Source: a virus
Taxonomy: Duplodnaviria > Caudoviricetes
Strand: one strand, 5' to 3'
DNA length: 24,688 nucleotides
Virus record (IMG/VR): IMGVR_UViG_3300031841_002857
Span: 1-24,688 of that record
Below, piece by piece: positions 15,561 to 23,642 of the stretch. Below the pieces are notes generated by a model. That model saw only the letters and a program-made list of their open reading frames with translations. It did not search any database and was not told where the DNA came from. Numbering within the stretch: position 1 is the stretch's first letter; every line of letters starts with the position of its first letter. A program made the translations under genes and the position numbers.

Positions 15561-15940
15561 AAGAAATGGAATGGTACGATGGTGGCGATGGTGTCACCTA
15601 TGAAACATGGAAAGACGAAGATGGTGACCTATATCTTGTTCCAATAGAAATTGTCAGAGACTTTGACAATGCAGAAAAAATAGAAAAATTTGCAAGACGT
15701 TGCGATGCCACAGGATTTGGCATAAAAAAAGGATACGTAGTAGGTGATGGAGAACTACACTTCTCTGAAATAAAATTCGTAATCAATTGGCTGAGAAGTC
15801 GTGGTGGCATGGAAGGTCTATCTGACGAATTCATACTAGAAGAGGCATATAATAACGAGGAGTACTACTATACCGAATGGGAAGAATTAGATGATGACCA
15901 TCACTACCTTTATGATGGTACATATGTAGAAACAATTTAA
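15557..15940 (+). CDS. Very acidic hypothetical protein (127 aa)
   Basis: ORF track, Asp/Glu/Tyr-rich. Confidence 0.75.
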   Translation: MKEMEWYDGGDGVTYETWKDEDGDLYLVPIEIVRDFDNAEKIEKFARRCDATGFGIKKGYVVGDGELHFSEIKFVINWLRSRGGMEGLSDEFILEEAYNNEEYYYTEWEELDDDHHYLYDGTYVETI

Positions 15941-15955
15941 TAATAACCAATAATT

Positions 15956-16234
15956 ATGAAAACAAAGCTTAAGATTAAATCACAAGATTTTATTGATTGG
16001 TATTTCAATAGTAGCTCAGACCAAGAGCAAGAAGATATTAGGATGTCTTTCGGTAAAGAACTAGCAGAAACATTATTCTTAGATGGTAAATACACTATCA
16101 CTTCTAGAGAAATATTACATCGCGTAAACACAGATGTTATACCTGTAAGGCTAGTAAAAGGATTTGAAGACTCAGATCCTGATTTAGAGATAGGAGATTT
16201 AGATATTGGTAATTACGAAATACAATTGATATGA
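15956..16234 (+). CDS. Acidic hypothetical protein (92 aa)
   Basis: ORF track, ATGA coupling to the methyltransferase. Confidence 0.75.
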   Translation: MKTKLKIKSQDFIDWYFNSSSDQEQEDIRMSFGKELAETLFLDGKYTITSREILHRVNTDVIPVRLVKGFEDSDPDLEIGDLDIGNYEIQLI

Positions 16235-16860
16235 GAATATTAGTAGCATGCGAAGAGAGTCAAGCAATAACAAAAGAGTTAAGACAACTCGGACACGAAG
16301 CATACTCATGCGATATACTACCATGTAGTGGTGGGCATCCAGAGTGGCACATCCAAGGAGACGTATTAGAGCAATTAGATAAAGGTTGGGACATGATGAT
16401 TGCACATCCTCCATGTACGTACTTAGCGGTAAGTGGTGCTAGGTGGATGTATAATAAAGATGGAAGTGTTAATGAAGAAAGACACAAGAACCAACAAGAA
16501 GCACTTGACTTCGTTCAGAAGCTCATGGATGCACCAATAGAAAAAATAGCTGTAGAAAATCCTATTAGCGTTATAAGTAGCAGAATCAGAAAACCTGATC
16601 AAATAATACAGCCATGGATGTTTGGCGATGAAGCAACCAAGTCAACCTGCTTGTGGCTAAAGAACTTACCACATATACAGCCAACCAAAGTAGTTGGTAA
16701 AGGAGAAAAGGTTGTATTCAAGTCAGGCAAATCACATCCTAAATGGTATGCAGACGCATTATCAAAAGCAAAGACTGCTGAGGAAAGAAGAAGTTTAAGA
16801 AGCAAGACGTTTCCTGGAATGGCTAAAGCAATAGCAAAACAATTTACACAAAGCATATGA
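16231..16860 (+). CDS. Minimal DNA (cytosine-5) methyltransferase-like protein
   Basis: ILVACEESQ...HEAYSCDI (SAM-binding side), catalytic AHPPCTYL, ENP, KSTCLWL and C-terminal RSKTFPGMAKAIA. Confidence 0.8.
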   Translation: MRILVACEESQAITKELRQLGHEAYSCDILPCSGGHPEWHIQGDVLEQLDKGWDMMIAHPPCTYLAVSGARWMYNKDGSVNEERHKNQQEALDFVQKLMDAPIEKIAVENPISVISSRIRKPDQIIQPWMFGDEATKSTCLWLKNLPHIQPTKVVGKGEKVVFKSGKSHPKWYADALSKAKTAEERRSLRSKTFPGMAKAIAKQFTQSI

Positions 16861-17027
16861 ACACATTTCACATTTGCTACCTACTAGGTAGAGACCTTTG
16901 CACAGGAGTTAATATTAAAGCAGACACTTATATTAACGCAATAAAAGAATTCAAGCATAATTACTCAGCAGAATCCACAATAGTTTACGTAACAAGATTA
17001 AAAGAATACATTGACACTACTTTTTGA
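16857..17027 (+). CDS. Small hypothetical protein (56 aa)
   Basis: Read by hand: MNTFHICYLLGRDLCTGVNIKADTYINAIKEFKHNYSAESTIVYVTRLKEYIDTTF. ATGA coupling. Confidence 0.65.
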   Translation: MNTFHICYLLGRDLCTGVNIKADTYINAIKEFKHNYSAESTIVYVTRLKEYIDTTF

Positions 17028-17193
17028 CATAATAGTATTATTGTTTTTTATTTCCTTGTACATTTTGTCAGTTATATTACTATTTACTGACCATGGACAC
17101 TTATTTGTAGACCTAATAACAGCATGGTATGTATACTTATTCACACAAGTGTTTTATGCATTAATAGTAGAAAAGATTAATAAATCAAAATAA
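17011..17193 (+). CDS. Small membrane protein, two predicted TM helices (60 aa)
   Basis: TTG start, two hydrophobic runs, basic C-terminus. Confidence 0.55.
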   Translation: MTLLFDIIVLLFFISLYILSVILLFTDHGHLFVDLITAWYVYLFTQVFYALIVEKINKSK

Positions 17194-17203
17194 CTAACTT
17201 AGT

Positions 17204-17593
17204 ATGGAAATGACAATATTACAATCTCTTCTTGACAAACTACCAAAAGAGTACGTTGATTGTGTTGTAAATAACTTACAAGACATAAGTATTCTTCAAG
17301 ATAACTCTTTATCACTAGAGGTTGACTTGATGAATCTATTCGACTGGAATGATTCAAGAGAGGGATATGAGTTTTGGGATCAGGTATTCCAATACTTACT
17401 CGGGAAAAATGACTTACCCGAACTTCCAATAGAAATTAAATACGAACCATCCATGATTATTGTTGCAGATAGAAATCTATACATGATGAATACAGGAGCA
17501 ACAGGATTAAACATTAGCTATGAGCTAGGATGGAAAGAGTTTCACAAAGCACCAACAGAAGTAAAAGAAAAAATATTAGGTTGGTTAAATTAA
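17204..17593 (+). CDS. Hypothetical protein (129 aa)
   Basis: Contains LFDWNDSREGYEFW. Confidence 0.75.
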   Translation: MEMTILQSLLDKLPKEYVDCVVNNLQDISILQDNSLSLEVDLMNLFDWNDSREGYEFWDQVFQYLLGKNDLPELPIEIKYEPSMIIVADRNLYMMNTGATGLNISYELGWKEFHKAPTEVKEKILGWLN

Positions 17594-17598
17594 TTTTG

Positions 17599-17606
17599 TA
17601 TATTTG
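17599..17606 (+). promoter_or_regulatory. -7 promoter element TATATTTG
   Basis: TAnnTTTG match 5 nt after the upstream stop codon, heading a ~400 nt non-coding gap. Confidence 0.75.
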
Positions 17607-17611
17607 TAATA

Positions 17612-17701
17612 ATTACGGAAGGAAAAGATATTTATTGGTTAAGATTATCTTCTAGATAGTAGCCCTGGTCATCCTTCCGTACATTAGATCAGGGCTTTTT
17701 T
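17612..17701 (+). ncRNA. Candidate pseudoknotted small RNA (element B) ending in an intrinsic terminator
   Basis: Stem AGCCCTGGTC (17661-17670)/GATCAGGGCT (17687-17696) plus T tract. The 5' TACGGAAGGA (17614-17623) is the exact complement of loop TCCTTCCGTA (17672-17681). Confidence 0.65.
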
Positions 17702-17708
17702 ATTTTAT

Positions 17709-17973
17709 AGATGTTGTATGCGGTTGAACATCTTAACAAAAACAACCACTCATAGTGAATGCTTATTATAAATTAAAAATCCTGCTCTGTTTAAACGCTT
17801 AACAACAGGTACTGCATACCGAAAGGTTCAATAATAAGTAAACCAAAATGCCTAAGTCTATTGACTGAATACATAAGAAAAGGTCGCAGAGGGAAGTTTC
17901 ACTAGCTGGGTATATCTATAATAACTATAGATTAAATGCTGTAAATTATCTATGCAGTATAAAAGCGTAGCTA
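17709..17973 (+). ncRNA. Candidate large structured RNA or ssDNA element (~265 nt), family not recognised
   Basis: At least eight helices, including long-range 17753-17759/17898-17904 and 17760-17769/17831-17840, a GAAA tetraloop, and a loop pseudoknot 17716-17724/17811-17819. No ORF of 60 aa or more. Confidence 0.6.
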
Positions 17974-17989
17974 TAAATAATAATTAATT

Positions 17990-18409
17990 ATGAGAAAATT
18001 TATTTTAACAATCGGTTTAAGTATACTATCGTTAAAGGCTAATAGCCAGATAGTTGTAAGAGAAGAAGCAAAAGATAGCGTGGTTTGGTACAGTAAATTA
18101 GCTGGCCTTCCAAAGCTTGTTCACTTTTACGGTGAAGAGTATTCTAGTTACACATTGTATTACAAAAACTCTAAGTATCAACACATAACAGATATAAAAT
18201 ACCTATCACTAGGTGACAAAGAATCTGCACAACAGTTTTTTAATATAGTTAAGAAGACAATACAGAATGGCAACAAGATATCACTAGAGATTAATGGAGA
18301 GTTATTCATTGTATCAAAATCATTTAACACGGCTTTTGTTTATGGAAGTAGTTCGTCTTTTATGATTAGTAAGAAGCAAATTGAAAATGTATTAAAAGCA
18401 CTAAACTAA
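17990..18409 (+). CDS. Exported protein with Sec signal peptide (139 aa)
   Basis: MRK + FILTIGLSILSL + KANS/Q: signal peptidase I-type site followed by Gln, typical of Bacteroidetes exported proteins. Confidence 0.75.
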   Translation: MRKFILTIGLSILSLKANSQIVVREEAKDSVVWYSKLAGLPKLVHFYGEEYSSYTLYYKNSKYQHITDIKYLSLGDKESAQQFFNIVKKTIQNGNKISLEINGELFIVSKSFNTAFVYGSSSSFMISKKQIENVLKALN

Positions 18410-18714
18410 TGGAAAAGAAAACAACACTTACAGAAAGAATGATCATGCTCATAGACACGGAGATAGAAAGAGTATTGCTGACTAGCCAACAGACATCTAG
18501 TGTATCGGTTTTAGATCTAGAAACAAAAGGCTACCTTCAAGGACTGAATGAAGCCAAGAAGATGATGGACTATAATGTATATGACATTGAGATACAAAAC
18601 CTTAAGCACTCTTATGACGAGGGATACTTTCAAGGAGCAGAGCTAACTGAGCAAACGTCAGACGAATTCATAGAAGAATCGTTCAAAACTATAAATAATA
18701 ATATAATTTTATAA
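18409..18714 (+). CDS. Hypothetical protein (101 aa)
   Basis: TAATG coupling. Confidence 0.75.
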   Translation: MEKKTTLTERMIMLIDTEIERVLLTSQQTSSVSVLDLETKGYLQGLNEAKKMMDYNVYDIEIQNLKHSYDEGYFQGAELTEQTSDEFIEESFKTINNNIIL

Positions 18715-18770
18715 AAAATTTACTTTTAATTAAAATAGTTTTATTAATTTAGCAACATAATAATACAGTT

Positions 18771-19037
18771 ATGAACAATTTTATTGGTATAAAAGACTTA
18801 TGCAAGCAGAATAGGTACTCAGGTAAGCACCTTCAAGAAGAACTTAAGAAGAGAAATGCTCCTGGATCTTGGGACTCAATACAAAACGTATACAATCTAA
18901 TGCACGGAACAGTAGCTCCAAAAGATGCATATGTTTTTATTGTGTTGTCTGATATACTATTTGTAGATATCAAGACGATACTACACAGGTATTCAAGTGT
19001 AAAACAAAAGAAAGAGAAAGATAATTTTAATTGGTAA
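18771..19037 (+). CDS. Putative Cro/XRE-like HTH regulator (88 aa)
   Basis: SGKHLQEEL...SIQNVYNLMHGTVAP...LSDILFVDIKTIL pattern. Heads the replication module after a possible variant promoter TAATTTAG (18745-18752). Confidence 0.55.
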   Translation: MNNFIGIKDLCKQNRYSGKHLQEELKKRNAPGSWDSIQNVYNLMHGTVAPKDAYVFIVLSDILFVDIKTILHRYSSVKQKKEKDNFNW

Positions 19038-19042
19038 ATAAT

Positions 19043-19996
19043 ATGAATATGAATAATCCGTTAACAAGACCACTAGATATTTCTGAGATTGACTTCAGAA
19101 TTCAATCTATAAATAATGGTGGCTACGCTACAATACTAGCGTATAAAGATGCTCGTACTGACATGAGCAGATTAGATGAAGCCTTCGGTCCATTTGGATG
19201 GCAGAAAGCATACTCAGAAATAAACGGCAACTTATTCTGTGGAGTTGGTATACTTGACAGAGAGAGTGCAGCGTGGGTATGGAAGTGGGATGTAGGAACT
19301 GAGTCTAATACAGAGAAAGAAAAAGGCCAGGCTTCCGATGCATTTAAACGTGCATGCTTCAACCTTGGTATTGGTAGAGAACTTTACGAATATCCAGTAA
19401 TCAGCGTTAAATTATTTGACAATGAGTATACCAAAGACGGAGGCAGACCAAAGCAAACGTGGAATCTTAAGCTTAGAGATTGGACATGGTATTCAGAGTT
19501 TACTGATGGGAAGATATCTTTTCTAGCAGCCAAAGACGAGAACGGCAAGGTTAGGTTTCAGTGGGGTAAGCTTGCAGAGAAGAAAGAAAAACCTGTTGAA
19601 GTAAAAGATGAGGCCAATGTAAAAGGCATATTGAAGAAGAAGAAAGACGAAGAGGACCCAGAAAGAGATGCAGCTATATCAGAATATAAGGCTATCTTTG
19701 GTAAGTCTCCTCACGGAAGAATGTCAACAGAGAACATACAGAAAGCTATAGACGAAGAATTATCAAAAGAGTTGTCTGAAGATAAGGAAGATGATTACAT
19801 AGATTTCTCCATAGAAGAAACAGATAAGAATTCTGAATACAAAGAATACTTAGACAAGATAGAAACATTTGATGATCCAAATGACTTTAGTGAATGGGCA
19901 AGAGAAGTGCTAGGAGAGGTCATGGATTCTTGGGATGAGGATATGGTTGATGAATTCAAAGACAAGTGTAACAAGTATTATAAGAAGATAACGTAA
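19043..19996 (+). CDS. Rad52/Sak-family single-strand annealing protein with long charged C-terminal extension
   Basis: LAYKDARTDMSRLDEAFGPFGWQ, WVWKWDVG and EKEKGQASDAFKRACFNLGIGRELY. Likely start ATG 19043. Confidence 0.88.
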   Translation: MNMNNPLTRPLDISEIDFRIQSINNGGYATILAYKDARTDMSRLDEAFGPFGWQKAYSEINGNLFCGVGILDRESAAWVWKWDVGTESNTEKEKGQASDAFKRACFNLGIGRELYEYPVISVKLFDNEYTKDGGRPKQTWNLKLRDWTWYSEFTDGKISFLAAKDENGKVRFQWGKLAEKKEKPVEVKDEANVKGILKKKKDEEDPERDAAISEYKAIFGKSPHGRMSTENIQKAIDEELSKELSEDKEDDYIDFSIEETDKNSEYKEYLDKIETFDDPNDFSEWAREVLGEVMDSWDEDMVDEFKDKCNKYYKKIT

Positions 19997-20481
19997 TGGA
20001 TATTTTTGAGACAAAGAAAAACAATATAGCAGACGTTGTATTGGCTATGAAAAGTGTTAGCAAAGAGAACATAGACTCAATAGCCCAGCAAGTATGCAAG
20101 TCCGTATTAGATGGAAATGAGTATGCGATAACCACATACATTAAAGCAAAAGCCCTAGAAGAAATATCTTCTTCTGTTCAGTCAAAGATAAAGCAATACG
20201 CTATTGACGAAGCAGAGACGCACGGAAAGGAGAGCAAGATATTTGGCTGTGGAGTAAGCGTTAAGTCTACCGCCAACAAGTATGACTATTCTAACTGTGA
20301 AGAGTGGGTTCAGTTAAACGATCAGATAAAAGAACTTACTGAAAAGAAAAAGGCTTTAGAAAAACAAATGGTATTGGCTATGGGGTATTCTGAAATGGTA
20401 GACGAAGATGGCGTTGTTATTACTCCAGCTGTCATGCAGAAAGAGGGGTCAACTACAATAGCAATTAAAATACCTAAGTAA
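19996..20481 (+). CDS. Conserved hypothetical coiled-coil protein next to the SSAP (161 aa)
   Basis: TAATG coupling, KYDYSNC followed by a heptad helix. Confidence 0.8.
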   Translation: MDIFETKKNNIADVVLAMKSVSKENIDSIAQQVCKSVLDGNEYAITTYIKAKALEEISSSVQSKIKQYAIDEAETHGKESKIFGCGVSVKSTANKYDYSNCEEWVQLNDQIKELTEKKKALEKQMVLAMGYSEMVDEDGVVITPAVMQKEGSTTIAIKIPK

Positions 20482-20482
20482 T

Positions 20483-21025
20483 ATGTCAGAAGAAATAAAG
20501 AATAAAGGGGAGTCTAGTGCTCCCCATTCTGAAGATACTGGAATGCTTATAGTGTCAGTAATTAAAATCTCTGCTTCTTTTGTATACCTAGATGAAGTTA
20601 TAGACAGTGGAAGGTATTATAAGCATGATTTTAAGAAGAAGGCTAGTCATTGGCTAAACCTTATGGAGAAACATACCAAGCCCCTGCTGTTGTCTTTATC
20701 AGAAGAAAACCCTGATACATTAAACAAAATATACAACGTAATAGCAGACTCATTAAATAAGGTACAGGTTGGGGATACTCAGAAGACTTCTTTAATTTGT
20801 TTCTATGCTTTTATAAAAAGTGCACTCAGTGATTTAAATAAGATGAAAGAGAACAAAGACTCTTTGTATACGATTTTTATGAGGAAGCCTACAGAAGAAT
20901 TAATAAAGGTAATAGAGACAAAGTATAAGTTTATATCTGAGATAGTTGACTCCAATGGAGACAATGTGAATTCCTTAATTGTATTCTTAGATGGTCTTGG
21001 TGAAAAAATATTAAATGTAAAATAA
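20483..21025 (+). CDS. Hypothetical protein (180 aa)
   Basis: ORF track, operon packing. Confidence 0.75.
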   Translation: MSEEIKNKGESSAPHSEDTGMLIVSVIKISASFVYLDEVIDSGRYYKHDFKKKASHWLNLMEKHTKPLLLSLSEENPDTLNKIYNVIADSLNKVQVGDTQKTSLICFYAFIKSALSDLNKMKENKDSLYTIFMRKPTEELIKVIETKYKFISEIVDSNGDNVNSLIVFLDGLGEKILNVK

Positions 21026-21030
21026 TTATC

Positions 21031-21348
21031 ATGAGTTGGGAGAATTGGATAATGAGGAATGATGGTGATGGCCCAATAACAAACTATGACTTTATATTAG
21101 ATCTGGCTGTGCAAAATTACAAGTTGTCAGAGAAAAGCAGGAAGCAAGAATTAATAGACATGAGACATTGCCTTATAAAATGGTGGAAGAAAAACAAGAT
21201 GAAGTTTAGAAAATATAACTCTTTTACGGCAGTTGGTAAGTCCATGAATCTTACCCACTGTACTGTGATTCATTACGTAAAACACAGGAAGAAGAGCCAT
21301 GACTATAAGGAAAATACAAGTTGTATTTATGATTTTTTAACAAGCTAA
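21031..21348 (+). CDS. DnaA C-terminal (domain IV)-like HTH protein
   Basis: KSRKQELIDMRH...SFTAVGKSMNLTHCTVIHYVK resembles the R...R and S..IG....DHTTV.H signature. Confidence 0.7.
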   Translation: MSWENWIMRNDGDGPITNYDFILDLAVQNYKLSEKSRKQELIDMRHCLIKWWKKNKMKFRKYNSFTAVGKSMNLTHCTVIHYVKHRKKSHDYKENTSCIYDFLTS

Positions 21349-21350
21349 TT

Positions 21351-21767
21351 ATGAAGTTAAAGAACTTAGAAAAAGTTTTAGATGATTTATTTGGTCCATT
21401 CGGAGAAGAAAAGGACTTAATAGTAGATGCAGCCATGAAAGACTTAGAGGCTGTAAACAAGGTCGATTCATCATCAAATAAAAACATACTGGACATGTTT
21501 AACAAGGTGTTTAACAAGAGGTCTAGAGTTGTAAGCAAGAAGGTAGCTAACAGATATAAAGAGATACTGAAGTACTACGACATGAAAGAAATAAAGCAAG
21601 CTATGATAAACGCAAGCAAGGATGACTTTCATATAGAATCAAACTTCAAATATTGCACCCTTGAGTATTTCTCTAGACTAGAACAAATAGATAAATGGAC
21701 ATCAGTAAAAACAAATAAGGAAGAGAAAAATAAATTTATTATGCCAAAATTTAATACTAGGAAATAA
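21351..21767 (+). CDS. Phage replisome-organiser C-terminal-like protein, possible helicase loader partner
   Basis: FNKVFNKR...IKQAMINA...KYCTLEYFSRLEQIDKW, immediately upstream of DnaB. Confidence 0.55.
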   Translation: MKLKNLEKVLDDLFGPFGEEKDLIVDAAMKDLEAVNKVDSSSNKNILDMFNKVFNKRSRVVSKKVANRYKEILKYYDMKEIKQAMINASKDDFHIESNFKYCTLEYFSRLEQIDKWTSVKTNKEEKNKFIMPKFNTRK

Positions 21768-21768
21768 T

Positions 21769-23166
21769 ATGGACAAAGCAAGACTAAGAGCAGAGCAGCT
21801 TATTATAAATGGTCTAGTATCTGAGCCAGCAATAGTTCACGATATAATGAAGAGCATATCTGCTGATATGTTTGAGTATGCTCCACATAAGATAATACTT
21901 GAGTCTATATCAAAGATCTACATGGAGCAGGAGCCTGTCAACCTAATCACATGCTACAAGGAGATAAAAAAGGCAAAGTCTATACATAAGCAAAAGGCAC
22001 TAGAAGACTTAACAAACATTCACACAATGTTCAACTATCTAGAAAAGCAAGACATTGCTAGTGCTCAAGCTTTATTGCTTTCAGAAAGCATAAGAAACGA
22101 ACACGTAAATCTTGGAGAGAAGATAACCAAGCTGTCTTCTTCTGATAGCTATGACCCTAAAGACGTATTGAATATAATACAGGGCCACATAGTAGACAAT
22201 AGATTCAAGTCAATACTCAACAAGAAGGAGCAGAGTAACTCAGAACTACTTGTAGAACTTGACGAGAAGATGAAGTTAGCCTCGGAGACGCAAGGGATAA
22301 GTGGCATAAAGACAGGGTACAATAGAATAGATTCAATAACATCAGGGATGCAGCCAACGAACCTTATAATAGTAGCAGCTAGACCAGCGATGGGTAAGAC
22401 ACAATTCGCACTAGGAATAATAAAAGCAGCTTCTATTAGAAATACTCACAAAGGATTGTTCATATCTTGTGAGATGGATGAGGTTCAGGTAATGAAAAGA
22501 ATTGTAAGTGTTGATAGTGATATTCCTGGATACTCGATTAAAAGGGGTCAGCTTCAACGCAATGAAATACTTCGCTACGATCACGCAAAGAAGCGCATAT
22601 CAGAAGCTTCATTTAAGATTGTTGCAGGTTCTTTTACAATTACAGAAGTTATGTCTATGGTTTATAAGCTTAAATATTCCGAGGGCCTTGACTATGTTGT
22701 GATTGATTACATACAGAAAATCACATCTCCAGGAACACAGAATAGAACCAATGAAGTTGGTGATGTTTCAAGAAAGCTTAAAGATATGGCTAACGAACTA
22801 AAGATACCTGTAGTTGCCTTGGCTCAATTATCAAGAGCGGTAGAACACCGAAATGATAAGAAGCCAATACTATCTGACTTAAGAGAATCAGGAGATATAG
22901 AGCAAGATGCTGACATAGTTATGTTCCTGTATAGGGCAGGATATTACATGGACATTGAAGAAAAGAGAGACAACCCTCTTGCTGACGATGGATATGTGGT
23001 TATAGCTAAGCATAGAGATGGAGAACTTGAAGATGTGCATCTGAAGTTTGACTCTAATGTTCCAGCTTGGAAAGACCCAAATCAAAGAGATGAATACGAA
23101 CCACCTACACAATCAGTGCTAAAACCAAATAAAGAGTTTGATTGGCAAGGCTCACAACCTTTTTAA
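21769..23166 (+). CDS. dnaB: Replicative DNA helicase, DnaB family
   Basis: AARPAMGKT, SCEM, VIDYIQ, LAQLSR, SDLRESGDIEQDADIVMFLYR and IAKHRDG. Confidence 0.96.
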   Translation: MDKARLRAEQLIINGLVSEPAIVHDIMKSISADMFEYAPHKIILESISKIYMEQEPVNLITCYKEIKKAKSIHKQKALEDLTNIHTMFNYLEKQDIASAQALLLSESIRNEHVNLGEKITKLSSSDSYDPKDVLNIIQGHIVDNRFKSILNKKEQSNSELLVELDEKMKLASETQGISGIKTGYNRIDSITSGMQPTNLIIVAARPAMGKTQFALGIIKAASIRNTHKGLFISCEMDEVQVMKRIVSVDSDIPGYSIKRGQLQRNEILRYDHAKKRISEASFKIVAGSFTITEVMSMVYKLKYSEGLDYVVIDYIQKITSPGTQNRTNEVGDVSRKLKDMANELKIPVVALAQLSRAVEHRNDKKPILSDLRESGDIEQDADIVMFLYRAGYYMDIEEKRDNPLADDGYVVIAKHRDGELEDVHLKFDSNVPAWKDPNQRDEYEPPTQSVLKPNKEFDWQGSQPF

Positions 23167-23168
23167 TT

Positions 23169-23642
23169 ATGTATAAAGAGAATCATATAAAGTTTCAGGA
23201 GATAGAAAAGAAGTTTGCAGAATCTGTTAAGATATTTTCTAAAGTTGAATACTCAACAAAGGATCAGGATATTTATGAACACTGGGATGTTAAAATGAGC
23301 ATCAAAGTAGATGTCAAGGCCATGAAGAAAATAAATAGATCAGATGAAGAATCAAACGAAAACATACACTATGTCGAGTTGAAGAACGTACACGGAAATG
23401 ATGGATGGCTGTATGGTGATGCTGACTATTTTGCTTTTGAGACAGAGGACTATTTCGTTATGGCATCTAAAGTAAAGCTTCAAGAGTTTATAGCTAACAA
23501 GTGCAGAAACAAGCAGTTATGTGACTCTCCAGAGTTGTATAAGCTGTATACTAGGAAAGGTAGAATGGATGTTATTACCCTAGTGAAGACCATTGACTTG
23601 TTGTACTTGTCAGATAAAATAGTTAAAAAAGATGGAAACTGA
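23169..23642 (+). CDS. Putative PD-(D/E)XK endonuclease (157 aa)
   Basis: Likely start ATG 23169 (MYKENH). E..F...DIYEHWD...VDVKA...YVELKNVHGNDGWLYGDADYFAFE. Confidence 0.6.
   Translation: MYKENHIKFQEIEKKFAESVKIFSKVEYSTKDQDIYEHWDVKMSIKVDVKAMKKINRSDEESNENIHYVELKNVHGNDGWLYGDADYFAFETEDYFVMASKVKLQEFIANKCRNKQLCDSPELYKLYTRKGRMDVITLVKTIDLLYLSDKIVKKDGN

Noticed and set aside
17709-17973. Group I intron, tmRNA, RNase P, tRNA, or HEARO/omega RNA of IscB elements
   Set aside because: No P/Q/R/S intron core, no tRNA-like ends and no RNase P signature. GCCTAAGTC..GACT loosely recalls omega RNA, but the motif order differs and no IscB/TnpB gene is adjacent.
18771-19037. Lysogeny module (repressor/integrase)
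   Set aside because: There is a lone HTH-like ORF with no divergent partner, integrase or att site in this window, so lifestyle cannot be called.
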